Positions 40,847-50,558 of a stretch of DNA of 64,000 nt are shown in pieces. Both the position numbers and the translations under genes were made by a program. Positions within the stretch are counted from its first letter, which is position 1; each line of letters starts with the position of its first letter. The notes under the pieces are model-generated. The model ran no database searches, was not told where the DNA came from, and saw only the letters and a list, made by a program, of their open reading frames with translations. The stretch spans positions 146,638 to 210,637 of the forward strand of contig CBDCEW010000103.1 of NCBI GenBank assembly GCA_965215885.1. The letters run 5' to 3'. Source of the stretch: Candidatus Moanibacter sp. (GTDB taxonomy: Bacteria > Verrucomicrobiota > Verrucomicrobiia > Opitutales > UBA2987).

Positions 40847-40942
40847 TAAAGATCCTCGGGGCAAGCCCCGAGGCATTTGATATTAGACTTTATGAATTAG
40901 AAACGAAGCAAGCTTCGGGGAATTAAACCCGAAGCGATTAAA
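40847..40942. repeat. CCTCGGGGCAAGCCCCGAGG hairpin element, copy 1 (copy 2 at 56478-56576)
   Basis: Identical 34-bp left end and near-identical ~39-bp right end with a variable core. Confidence 0.85.
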
Positions 40943-41171
40943 GTTCCTGCAGATTATTTCGCCGTTCGGGGTCATGTCCTTAAGAAGTGCCTGTTTTTCC
41001 GCTTCGCTGAAACGGTCAGGCCTTGCAAATCGACCTTCTCAAGCTCAGGGCAATTTGCTAAGGCGGCTGACCCCGAAAAATAGACACTTCTAAGGCTTGA
41101 CCCCTTGCTTCGAACATCGAACTAAAGAATTTACAATCTCGCTAAACAATTTCGGAGTTAAAAAATAAAAA

Positions 41172-42665
41172 CTATGGCAGACAATCCCAGTAAGTCTCGA
41201 GGTCCCAATCGGTCACTGTCGATAGAAACCGTTCCCATTCATCCCGTTTGTAATGCATAAACACCGTGTACATTTCGCCAGGAAGCGCACTCCTGATTAC
41301 TTCGTTCTTCTCAAATTCGCCCAGCGCTGCTCCGAGATTGAGGGGAAGCTTCTTCACTTCCTTACCCTCTTTGATCGCTTCGTAAATGTTGCGCTCTTCA
41401 GGTTCACCCGGGTCAAGGGAATCGTTGATCCCGTCTTCAAAGGCCTTAATCAGGCCGGACGTCAGCAGATAGGGGTTCACCATTGCATCGACGGTTCGAT
41501 ATTCAAAGCGCCCCGGCGCTGATACTCGTAGACTGCAGGTCCGATTCTGGTAGCCCCAATCGGCGTAAACGGGAGCCCAAAAGCCCTCCTCCCACAACCG
41601 TCGGTAGGAATTGACAGTCGAACAGCCGAGTGCCGCCAACGCCGGCAAATGTTTGATGAGTCCGCCGATGCAATTCAGCCCCACCGGACCCGGCTTCTTC
41701 TCGTCGGGTAGCGGCATAAAGAGATTTTCGCCCCCCTGGCGATGAAGAAAACTTCCCGCCATCCCAGGAAAGGCCTCATTCCCCAATGCCTTCTCCGTGT
41801 CTTCGCCACCTTTCCACAACGATATATTGGTATGACAACCCGAGCCCGACACACCCATGAAGGGCTTACACATGAAGCAGGCAATGATGTCGAATTCGCG
41901 AGCCACTTGTGCGCAAATCTGACGGTAGGTCGTCAGACGGTCACAAGTGCGCAGGGCCTCATCAAAAGTAAAGTTCAGTTCCAATTGCCCGGGCGCATCC
42001 TCATGGTCTCCCTGGATCATGTCCAAACCCATCGCTCTAGCGTACTCCATGACTTTCATGAAGACCGGTCGAAGCGACTCAAACTGGTCGATGTGGTAGC
42101 AATACGGTTTGCTGTAACCTTCCGCCGGCTTTCCATCAGGCCCCTTCTTCAACCACATCATCTCCGGTTCCATGCCCTGCCTGAGATGCATTCCATCGTG
42201 AGCCCTTTGGAATTCCTCATGAATCCGCCGGAGATTACCCCGACAATCCGAAGTCAGGTAGTCACCACCACTTTCTTCCTCCTCTCGATTTCGAAAGCAG
42301 GTACAAAAGACCCGTGCTACCCGCTTGTCCCAGGGCAATTGCACAAACGTCTCGGGATCCGGTATCCCGATCAGTTCCCACGCCTCAGGACCGTACCCAA
42401 TATAGTTACCGAGCCGGTCGATAAAGAGGTTTGCCGTCGCACCGTAAACGAGTTGAAAGCCACGCTCGGCAATCTTTTCCCAGTGATCCGACGGCATGCC
42501 CTTACCGACGATCCGTCCCGTCACGGAGATAAACTGATAATAGATGTACTCAATGCCTAACACCTCGATCTGTTTTCGAACCTCCCTCACCAGTTCGTCC
42601 CGACCATCCGCGTGGACATAGGCTTCCAGATCGGTCGCTCCCTCCTCATTTTTCAGACTAACCAT
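41172..42665 (-). CDS. gmaS: Glutamine synthetase-family protein, probable gamma-glutamylmethylamide synthetase
   Basis: EPE, DHEDAPGQLELN, SGSGCH, NSYRRL, WGYQNRT and RFEYR motifs; directly upstream of mgsABC. Confidence 0.72.
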   Translation of the reverse strand: MVSLKNEEGATDLEAYVHADGRDELVREVRKQIEVLGIEYIYYQFISVTGRIVGKGMPSDHWEKIAERGFQLVYGATANLFIDRLGNYIGYGPEAWELIGIPDPETFVQLPWDKRVARVFCTCFRNREEEESGGDYLTSDCRGNLRRIHEEFQRAHDGMHLRQGMEPEMMWLKKGPDGKPAEGYSKPYCYHIDQFESLRPVFMKVMEYARAMGLDMIQGDHEDAPGQLELNFTFDEALRTCDRLTTYRQICAQVAREFDIIACFMCKPFMGVSGSGCHTNISLWKGGEDTEKALGNEAFPGMAGSFLHRQGGENLFMPLPDEKKPGPVGLNCIGGLIKHLPALAALGCSTVNSYRRLWEEGFWAPVYADWGYQNRTCSLRVSAPGRFEYRTVDAMVNPYLLTSGLIKAFEDGINDSLDPGEPEERNIYEAIKEGKEVKKLPLNLGAALGEFEKNEVIRSALPGEMYTVFMHYKRDEWERFLSTVTDWDLETYWDCLP

Positions 42666-43496
42666 ATCGCGCTCCTTTCGATATTTAGCTTCTCACTCCC
42701 CGATTCCAAGATTCTTCGAGATTCCGAAACCTATGCGCAGAGATCGGATCAATGCAAGAGTTAGTCCGCCAATTTCGCGTCCCTGTTCAGCGCCATACTT
42801 CGCGTTGACGGCTCCACCGGTCCCGCTGAGCGCATAGGAGTCAACTTTAGCTCCGATTGCCAGTACTCGGAATGGCCGCAGAGTACCTTAACGGACCGTT
42901 CTGAGAAGTCCTGAAAGCTGCCCTGAAAGGGCATGGTAGTTAAGCCTCGGGTTTCAACCCGGGGTCGTGGTATTCTGCATACCTATGCGTATGCGCTCAG
43001 CGGGATGCAGGGGTGGCGCCGATTTTCGAAACTACAATCGAAGCCGCATATTGACCCTCCCCCTTACCGACGCTGGTAGGCGCGAGCGTCGGCCAGCGTC
43101 GGTAAGGGGGGAGGGGAGAACGGCAGGGAGAGCTATTCGTTTAGCTCGAAATCCTAACAATCCCCGGCACAAGGCCCATAATTACGAAATTGGGTTGGAG
43201 AACCCAAAGTAAATGTTATTCAGGCACTTGCAAGATTCTATTGATTACATAGTATGCCAGAATGGAGTTTCAACGATTGTTGTGTGTGGGTTCGTTAGAG
43301 GTAGAGAGCTTTTCCTGCAGGTTTGTTTTCAGTTAGAAACTTGTTGAGTATTAATCAGTTACAAAAGCGCTTTGAACGGGGAGTTGATTTCTGGTGGCAA
43401 TTGAGTAGAAGCGAAGGGAGCTGGAGAAAGTTGGTATTGGCATTGTATGTAAAATAAAGTTTGCAGTTTTGCCTCCTTTCCATACTGTGCCGGTGC

Positions 43497-44198
43497 ATGC
43501 AAGAAGAGCTTTCGCGTAAAGAGAGGGAGGTGGTCGAAGCGGTACGGCGGGATCGGGTAAGCACGGTGTGGAGGCTGATGAAGGAGCAGAGGGTGTCGCG
43601 GCGAACGGTCTATCGGGCTTTGCAAAAATATGGCCATTACTCCAGTTACAATGCCAATTGTGGCTACCTGAGCTTGAAAGACATTCCGCGCTTTGACGGG
43701 GCCGGTTTGTGGCGTTTTCGCAAGGGGCGCTTTTCGCGCCACGGCACCTTGGAGGAGACCGTGGAGGCGGTGGTGGGAGCTTCGCTTTGCGGCTACACGG
43801 TGGCTGAGTTGGAGACCCTCCTTGGGGTACGGGTGCACAACCCCATAAGCGTGCTTTGTAGAAAGAAGCGGTTGAGTCGATACTATGAAGGGCGTCACTG
43901 CGTGTATGTCTCGGCCGGGGAACAGGGCGGGGCCGAACAGAAAAAGCGGCGGCAAGGGCGAAGAACAGCGGCACAAGTTCAGGCAGGGGACCCCGGGGGC
44001 GCTTTGCAGGCAGCTCCCGAAGGGCTCGAAACGATGGTCGTGATCGCTTTGCTGGTCGCCTGTATCGGCCATCCCGAGGCCGGGGTCAAGGAGCTTGTCG
44101 AGCTTATGCAAGAGCAGGGAGTAGAGCTGAGCGGGGAGCAAATTGAGCGGGTGATGGCGTTTTACTCGCTCAAAAAAAAACCGGACCGATCGCGGTAG
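43497..44198 (+). CDS. IS OrfA, HTH-like DNA-binding part
   Basis: SRRTVYRALQ HTH-like segment; ends just after an A9 slippery run. Confidence 0.65.
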   Translation: MQEELSRKEREVVEAVRRDRVSTVWRLMKEQRVSRRTVYRALQKYGHYSSYNANCGYLSLKDIPRFDGAGLWRFRKGRFSRHGTLEETVEAVVGASLCGYTVAELETLLGVRVHNPISVLCRKKRLSRYYEGRHCVYVSAGEQGGAEQKKRRQGRRTAAQVQAGDPGGALQAAPEGLETMVVIALLVACIGHPEAGVKELVELMQEQGVELSGEQIERVMAFYSLKKKPDRSR

Positions 44199-44215
44199 CG
44201 GAGCTGTTACATGAT

Positions 44216-46033
44216 TTGCGGGCAGAGGCTGAACGGGCCCTGCAAACGGTGGGGGCTGTGCCTGCGCAAACGAGTTATCGCTTCGATGCCCGGGAGGACG
44301 AAGAGGGTCCTTCAGAGGTGCGCAAGACCCTGCGCCGCAAGGTGGTCAGTTTCTCCTATGGATGCTTCCAGGCGGTGGAAGTTGTGCGCGAGCAGGGGCA
44401 AGGGAGCCACCGCAACAGCTACCGTTCTGCTCGCCTGGAACAGATCGTGCCCTCGCATAGTCGCTACGCTTACGATCTGATTGCCTATGTGGGCAAGCGA
44501 TGTTTGTGCGAAAGCGCCACCCTCAAAGAGGTGCACAGGGAACTGCGCGAGGGCCCGGGGCAGCTGCAGATTGCTCAAAGCAGCCTCTATGAGATGCAGC
44601 AGAAGTTTCTTTTTTATCTGGGTCGGCTGCACGCCGCGGCCGCTCCGGTGCTTAAAGATTACCTGAGCGCTCGCCCTTGCCTGCGCTGGCTGGTGGATGG
44701 GACCGTGGAACCGCAGACGCCGGTTTTCTTCGCTGTTCAGGAAGCCGACGAAGGGATCCTTTTGGGCAGCTGGAAAATGCCTTCCGAACAGAGCGAAACG
44801 ATCAGTGGCTGTTTTGCCCGGGCGGCCCGGGCTTTTGGCCAACCCCACCATGTCTATCATGATTTAAGCGCTCAGATCAGCAAGGCCTGCGAGAGCGAAA
44901 CCTTCCAGGCCCCCCATGGCGTCTGCCATTATCATTTCGCCCGCAATGTGGGCGAACAGCTTTATCGAAAACCCCAGCAGATGCTCAACGGGCGCTTGCG
45001 GCAATTGAAGCTCATGGAGCGCATGCGCGAGCAACGCAAACACATCACCGCAAAGCTCCGTGACGCCCTCCGTGAAAAACACGCCCTCGTCCTGGCCGAT
45101 TTGCTCACCGCCAAAGCGCTCGCAGTGCCCTTCGATCCCACCCTTGCACGGGAACTGCTCATGGCCCTGCAATTGTGGATTTTGGATTATCCCTGCGACG
45201 GTCACCGCCAGGGCTTTCCCTTCGATCCTTACCTGCTTTATTGGCATCGGCGGGTCGTGCGCGCCCATGCCGCCCTGGAGCAGTGGCTTGCCCGCGCTCC
45301 TGCCAGTTGCTCTGTTCTGCGAAGCTTCTTTCATCTTTCGACCGGGTTGAAGCAGTATCTGGCTGATGCCCTCGTCATCGAAGCCGCTACTATCTATGAA
45401 AACGCTTTTTGCATTTTCAGCGCTTTGCGCGATGCCCTTTGGCTCAGCGCCAGCGGCCCCTGCCCTTTAAGCGACCCTTATCTGTTGCAAGCAGGACAAG
45501 CCGCTGAGCTCACCGAGGCTCTCCAGTTGCTGCGTGCCCAATATCGCCAAAAAGGCGCCTCCCTGACCAACCCCTCGAAAGCCAAACTCTACCGCACCGT
45601 GGTCACTCATCTGGACAAATACTGGCAGCGGCTGCTTCCCCCACCGGCCCATCCAGACAGCGTACGCACGACCAATGAGCTGGAAGGCACCTGGCGCACC
45701 TCCAAGCGCAAACGCCGTCAAACCCACGGGCGCAAAAATCTGACGCGCGACTTTGAAGCGCTCCCCGAAGAATACATGCTCCTGGCCAACTTACACAATC
45801 CCCGCTATGTGGAGCTGGTTTTAGGCAGTATCGATAATCTGCCCCAAAAGCTTGCCCAGGCTGCACAGAAAGCACCCCCCTTCAGTCACTGGCGGGCGAA
45901 CAGAAAAACCCTCGCCGTGGGTCGATTGCCCAAAAAGCTCCTGCGAAAAGAAAACTTCCTTGAGGAACTCTTCGAAGTCTGTAATCGCCAGGATCAATCC
46001 TTAAACCCGCAACCCCATCGGATTGCCTCCTGA
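44216..46033 (+). CDS. IS OrfB, DDE transposase with Mutator/IS256-like signature
   Basis: LVDGT, YHDLS, CHYH (CxxH) and TTNELE; -1 frame relative to OrfA and open back through 44171. Confidence 0.72.
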   Translation: MRAEAERALQTVGAVPAQTSYRFDAREDEEGPSEVRKTLRRKVVSFSYGCFQAVEVVREQGQGSHRNSYRSARLEQIVPSHSRYAYDLIAYVGKRCLCESATLKEVHRELREGPGQLQIAQSSLYEMQQKFLFYLGRLHAAAAPVLKDYLSARPCLRWLVDGTVEPQTPVFFAVQEADEGILLGSWKMPSEQSETISGCFARAARAFGQPHHVYHDLSAQISKACESETFQAPHGVCHYHFARNVGEQLYRKPQQMLNGRLRQLKLMERMREQRKHITAKLRDALREKHALVLADLLTAKALAVPFDPTLARELLMALQLWILDYPCDGHRQGFPFDPYLLYWHRRVVRAHAALEQWLARAPASCSVLRSFFHLSTGLKQYLADALVIEAATIYENAFCIFSALRDALWLSASGPCPLSDPYLLQAGQAAELTEALQLLRAQYRQKGASLTNPSKAKLYRTVVTHLDKYWQRLLPPPAHPDSVRTTNELEGTWRTSKRKRRQTHGRKNLTRDFEALPEEYMLLANLHNPRYVELVLGSIDNLPQKLAQAAQKAPPFSHWRANRKTLAVGRLPKKLLRKENFLEELFEVCNRQDQSLNPQPHRIAS

Positions 46034-46193
46034 CAACGACTCCAGTGCCCTCCCTCTGCTCCCCATTTTCTTCATGCTCTAACTAGAGAACTCCACGCAA
46101 TTTGCGTGCCAACCGAAATTCAGAACGATGGGCACAAGACCGGGGCAGCCTCAGAAACGCTAAACAGTTACTCGATCAAAGTCCGACAGGCGG

Positions 46194-47219
46194 CTAAAGA
46201 TAATCTGCGATCCGCTTGGGCTGACCGTCGACCGTGGTCTCCATGGCGGCAATCACCATCGCGAAGCTTCCAATGTTGTCTTGGATGCGTGTCTTCGAGG
46301 CTGGGCCACCGTCCAGCCAATTGAGAAACTCCTCAAATAGATGGTTGTGATTGTCCCATTTCTCCTCCGGGGCCCGATATACTTCGGGTTCTGCCCCAAC
46401 GCGTATCACGGTGACCTTATCCTTTTCAACCACTTCAACTGTACCCTCCTCGAATTCCGCGCGGTAGTACTCGTTGTGCCAACAATTGGTGACTCCCGCC
46501 GCCGAACTATTGCCTTCGTAGAAGGCATGCACTCCGTTGGTCATCTTCATGAGATACATGCCGCTCGAAAAATGGCTGAAACTCGACCACTCCGGATTCC
46601 AACCGAATCCGACCAGTGTTTCGCAATCGCCGCCGGAAAGGAATCGCAGCATGTCGAAGTGATGAACGGATCCTTCAAATAACAAACCGAAATCCATCGT
46701 GTGGCGCCACTCTGCCCCCCAACCGCCAAACTTTCGGTAGTCGCAGGCGTAGCGTCCCACGATGTGCTGCAAACGGCCCAGGCGTCCCTCATCGCGGATA
46801 CGAATAAGCTCCTGTTTATTCGGCTCGTATCGGTAATTCTGTATTACAGCGCAGGGCAGTCCCGAGCGATCGGCCGCGGCCACCATCTCCATGGCAGATT
46901 CAAGCGTGTCTGCGATGGGCTTTTCCGTGATCACCGGCAAACCCGCCTCCAAGGCACCGACTACCGCTTCCTTATGAAACTGTGGCGGCGTAGCAACACC
47001 CGCAAAATCCGCTCGGCAACGCGTAATTGCGTCTTCGGTCGAGGAAAACAACTGGTCGGAGTTTAGATTCAGGTCTTTGCCCTTCGATTCTAAGATCTCC
47101 GGAACGACATCAACTAGTCCCACAATCTCTATGCGATCGGAGAAGTTTCCCGTCCACCATTTGATCCAACTGCCGGCCATCCCGCCCGCACCGAACATCA
47201 ACATTCTTTTCTTCGCCAT
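46194..47219 (-). CDS. Gfo/Idh/MocA oxidoreductase
   Basis: GAGGMA, TPP..H, EKPIA and SVHHFD motifs. Confidence 0.9.
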   Translation of the reverse strand: MAKKRMLMFGAGGMAGSWIKWWTGNFSDRIEIVGLVDVVPEILESKGKDLNLNSDQLFSSTEDAITRCRADFAGVATPPQFHKEAVVGALEAGLPVITEKPIADTLESAMEMVAAADRSGLPCAVIQNYRYEPNKQELIRIRDEGRLGRLQHIVGRYACDYRKFGGWGAEWRHTMDFGLLFEGSVHHFDMLRFLSGGDCETLVGFGWNPEWSSFSHFSSGMYLMKMTNGVHAFYEGNSSAAGVTNCWHNEYYRAEFEEGTVEVVEKDKVTVIRVGAEPEVYRAPEEKWDNHNHLFEEFLNWLDGGPASKTRIQDNIGSFAMVIAAMETTVDGQPKRIADYL

Positions 47220-47519
47220 GTCACCTCTTGTTCAGATTCGCCTCCACTCAACTTCCCGGCGCCTGCGAATCCCCTGGTTTCCGAAGCATCTCACAGTATT
47301 GAACCGCTGGTTGTCGGTCATGAAGGCGATGATACTGAGTTTTCTTGATTTCACTTGAAGTCCAAAATCGACATTGTCGACAGTAGGGAGAAGATCAATT
47401 CAATCCTCGAGTATCTTCCGGCTGGATTTGGGTTACCCGAATGAATCAGGCAGGATACGACTGTCGGGCTACGGGAATACTTGATCTTAACGACGAATAT
47501 GAGAGCGGACTTGGTAGAA

Positions 47520-47607
47520 ACCCACCCCCTGCCCCTCCCAGGAGGGGACCTTGATAAACGAGCCCCGAAGCAAAAAGATCCCCTCCTGGGAGGGGCAAGA
47601 GGTGGGT
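47520..47607. repeat. CCCCTCCCAGGAGGGG inverted doublet (single copy ~62479-62506)
   Basis: ACCCACCCCCTGCCCCTCCCAGGAGGGGA ... TCCCCTCCTGGGAGGGGCAAGAGGTGGGT. Confidence 0.75.
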
Positions 47608-47835
47608 TTGCCCGAAAGGGGTGCCGGCATGTGCCGCGGCGGCCGAGTTCGGCTCTGACCGAGACACCGCCGATCCTTATAGTAGTTGAGAAAGTGAAAG
47701 AAAAGGCCTGGTGGAGGAACTTATCAATCGATGTTGCGACCATCTTCGACGTCGATCTCGACAACACAGTCCGCTGGGGACTCCAGGACTGAATTCTCCG
47801 AAGCACGAGAGTCGGCCGCCTTGCGGCCCCGCTTG

Positions 47836-48395
47836 ACTGATCTGCTTTACCCGCCATGGTCAGCACCTCCTTGCGTCCCTTCGCCGAAGCATATGCCGTC
47901 ATCGGTGCTGACCAGTTCAGCAATGACACCGGTGCGCTTGATCGAATCGCCGATGGCCGGCGCCAGCTCAATGGAGTCTGCCGCATTGCCTTGCGGTACG
48001 ATCAGGCTGGTGACAAAACCGTTTTCGCTGCGAACCAGTTGTGGCTTGTACCCGATCACTGGATTGCGGCTGCCCTTCTTGATGTAGGCCGCCGATCCCT
48101 TGCGAGAGGCTCAGGATCCTTCTGTGTGGACGGTAGCTTCTTTTCGTGAAACACCCGATCATGAGCATACTCAACAACCCGCTTGGCGTCGGCAATATCG
48201 CCCCTGATCTGGCTCAATGCCCGATCCAGAAGCTCCCGGCGAGTGGGAGGCAGTGAATCCATCGACAGGCCCGCTTCAAGATGGCTCAGTTCCCCCGTTA
48301 GTGAGTCGGCCGCCTTGCGGCCCCGCTTGAGCAACCGCCGGTAGTGTTTCTTCAGCTTTCACTTCGACTTCGGTTTGCCCGCTGTCAGACAAATC
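47836..48395 (-). pseudogene. Decayed internal fragment of the IS5/ISNCY-like transposase
   Basis: Near-identical to ~12032-12588 with several indels; ends at the MITE at 48398. Confidence 0.9.
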
Positions 48396-48397
48396 GA

Positions 48398-48579
48398 TTA
48401 ACCCGCAAATTTCACAAGCCATCTGCTACGACAGCGGATCTTACGGCACCTCAAGGACTTGCCTCGTCCGCCGACTTCCACGTGTTCCAACACACCGTCA
48501 TCCGCCGGACTTTGGTAAGCCCTTGATCCGCCGCAACCTCCGCTGTCTCGCGACGAAGTGTGTGAAATATGCGGGTTAA
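48398..48579 (+). mobile_element. 182-bp MITE-like hairpin element, family B copy 2 (TTAA ends)
   Basis: TTAACCCGCAAATTTCACA / TGTGAAATATGCGGGTTAA. Confidence 0.8.
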
Positions 48580-48631
48580 CCCACTTCATCAATCTTGCGA
48601 ACTCGCCCTAAGTAGTATCTTAATCTGCCCT

Positions 48632-50022
48632 ATGAATAATCAGATACCGTTTCCTGGACATCTCCCCATTACCACCTTCATTCTCTCCCTATGCTCCTCC
48701 ATTTTCTGTAACGCCGACGATTGGCCCCAATGGCTTGGACCTCACGGTGACTCCACCTGGCGTGAGACCGGCATAATCGACGAAATTCCCGCTGACGGCC
48801 TGCGATATAAATGGCGCCATAACGTCGGACTGGGTTATTCGGGTCCCGCCGTAGCCGACGGAAGAGTCTACGTTATGGACTACCAAAAAACATCAGGGGA
48901 GATTTCCAATCGAGCCAGCTGGAAAGATGAACTGGAGGGATACGAGCGCATCCTCTGTTTATCGGCAAAGACAGGTGAGCTTCTCTGGAAATACGAGTAC
49001 CCCCGTCGGTATCAACTTTCTTTTCCCTCCGGCCCCAGATGTACCCCATCCGTTGCTGAAGGGAAAGTCTACTCCCTCGGAGCGGAGGGAAATCTGGTCT
49101 GCCTGAATGCCACCACAGGAGAGAAAATCTGGTCGGTTTCCTTCAACGACAATTACGATACGGAGACGCCTCTCTGGGGCTATGCGGCCCATCCCCTGGT
49201 TGCGGGCGATACTCTCTATTGCGTTGTCGGCGGTGAAGGCAGTGTCGCGGTAGCCTTCGACAAAGATACCGGAGAAGAAAAGTGGAGAGCACTGACAGCC
49301 AGCGAACCGGGTTATTGTCCTCCTACTATGATTGAGTACGGGGGCCGGCATGAACTGCTCATCTGGCATCCGGAAGGTCTGAACAGCCTGAGTTGTTTTG
49401 GTCCGTCGACCCATCGACCGGGCAGTTGTTTTGGTCCGTCGATCTCAAACCTTCCTATGGCTTCTCTGTGTGTAGACCACGTCAAAGAGGCAGGCATCTG
49501 TTCGTCAGTGGCACTGGCCGCGCAGCTGCACTTCTAAAACTGAACAACGATCACCCTGGTGTCGAGATGGTCTGGCGCGGAAACGGCAGCAACGCCGTCT
49601 ATTCAGGAATCAGCACTCCCTACTTCGACGGAGAAATGGTCTTCGGCTGCGATATAGAAACCGGAGCTCTTATCGGTGTGCGGGCAAGTGATGGTGAAAG
49701 GCTATGGGAGACTAAAGAGCCCACCGTGGGTGATCTGGAGCGAGCCAGACACGGGTCGGCCTTTATCGTGCGCTATTTGGACGGTAGTCGGTATTTTCTG
49801 TTTAACGAAACCGGCCAACTGATCCTGGCAGATCTTTCGACGGACGGTTACCATGAAGTTGGACGAGCAAAAGTCCTCGATCCCACTAACTACACCGGCA
49901 AGCGCCCGGTCGTCTGGAGCCATCCCGCCTTTGCCGAAAAGAGCCTCTTTGCCCGCAACGACAAAGAGATCGTGTGCGTCGATCTGGCGACGAGTTCATA
50001 CGGGCAGTACTACAATCCGTAA
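48632..50022 (+). pseudogene. PQQ-like beta-propeller protein frameshifted by a 17-nt insertion
   Basis: DWPQWLGP, GPRCTP and WSHPAFA...ARND motifs; deleting 49391-49407 restores GLNSLDPSTGQLFW. Confidence 0.85.
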
Positions 50023-50558
50023 GAATCTTGTTTTTTGAACGCGTTTTGGAGTTTAATATGTTGGAGTTCAAGGTAGTGCAATCGACAAGGTTCGGGTTTG
50101 AGGTTCGCGACAATGTTACCAAGGGGAAGTAGGCGTTGCTTTCCTAATTCAATCACGATTGTCGCGCCGGTCAAAGGGTTCGACAGGACTTCGAGGCGTT
50201 CAGGCGAGTCGCTCACCGTAGGGCTGCTTCGGAATAAGCGGAGCAAACCTCGTCGCAATCCCGCTCAGCGGGATCCCGAACCTTGTCATAATACGCGTGA
50301 GAGCACTCCCACTCAATCTTTCTTGATTCTTTTCAGCTGTCTTGATCCCCTTTCCCCAATCCGCGGTTTTCCCTGGCTCGGCGCAGCACAGCGAAGACGG
50401 CTCGAATCCGTGGTCAATTCTTCTTCATTGGTCCCGGCTCGCCGGGATACATCTGCGGTTCTCTTCTTCTTATTTGGTTGCGGCTTCGCTGCGCCAGGCC
50501 AGCCGTGGTTTACCCTCTTTGCCATCTTTGTGCCCGATCAAGTAACGAATTAACCAGC

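Larger units (their letters stand above)
43162..46145 (+). mobile_element. Unclassified two-ORF IS (2984 bp) with 37-bp imperfect TIRs and no visible TSD
   Basis: CCCCGGCACAAGGCCCATAATTACGAAATTGGGTTGG (43162-43198) matches the reverse complement of 46109-46145 at 25/37 positions. Confidence 0.72.

Noticed and set aside
42753..42775. Sigma54 promoter upstream of gmaS
   Set aside because: GG-N10-GC spacing exists (CGGACTAACTCTTGCA) but the -24 box lacks TGGCA; too weak to call.
43055..43115. GC-rich hairpin beside the 3-kb IS as part of that element
   Set aside because: It lies outside the inferred left TIR and has no counterpart at the right end; probably another single-copy palindromic repeat.
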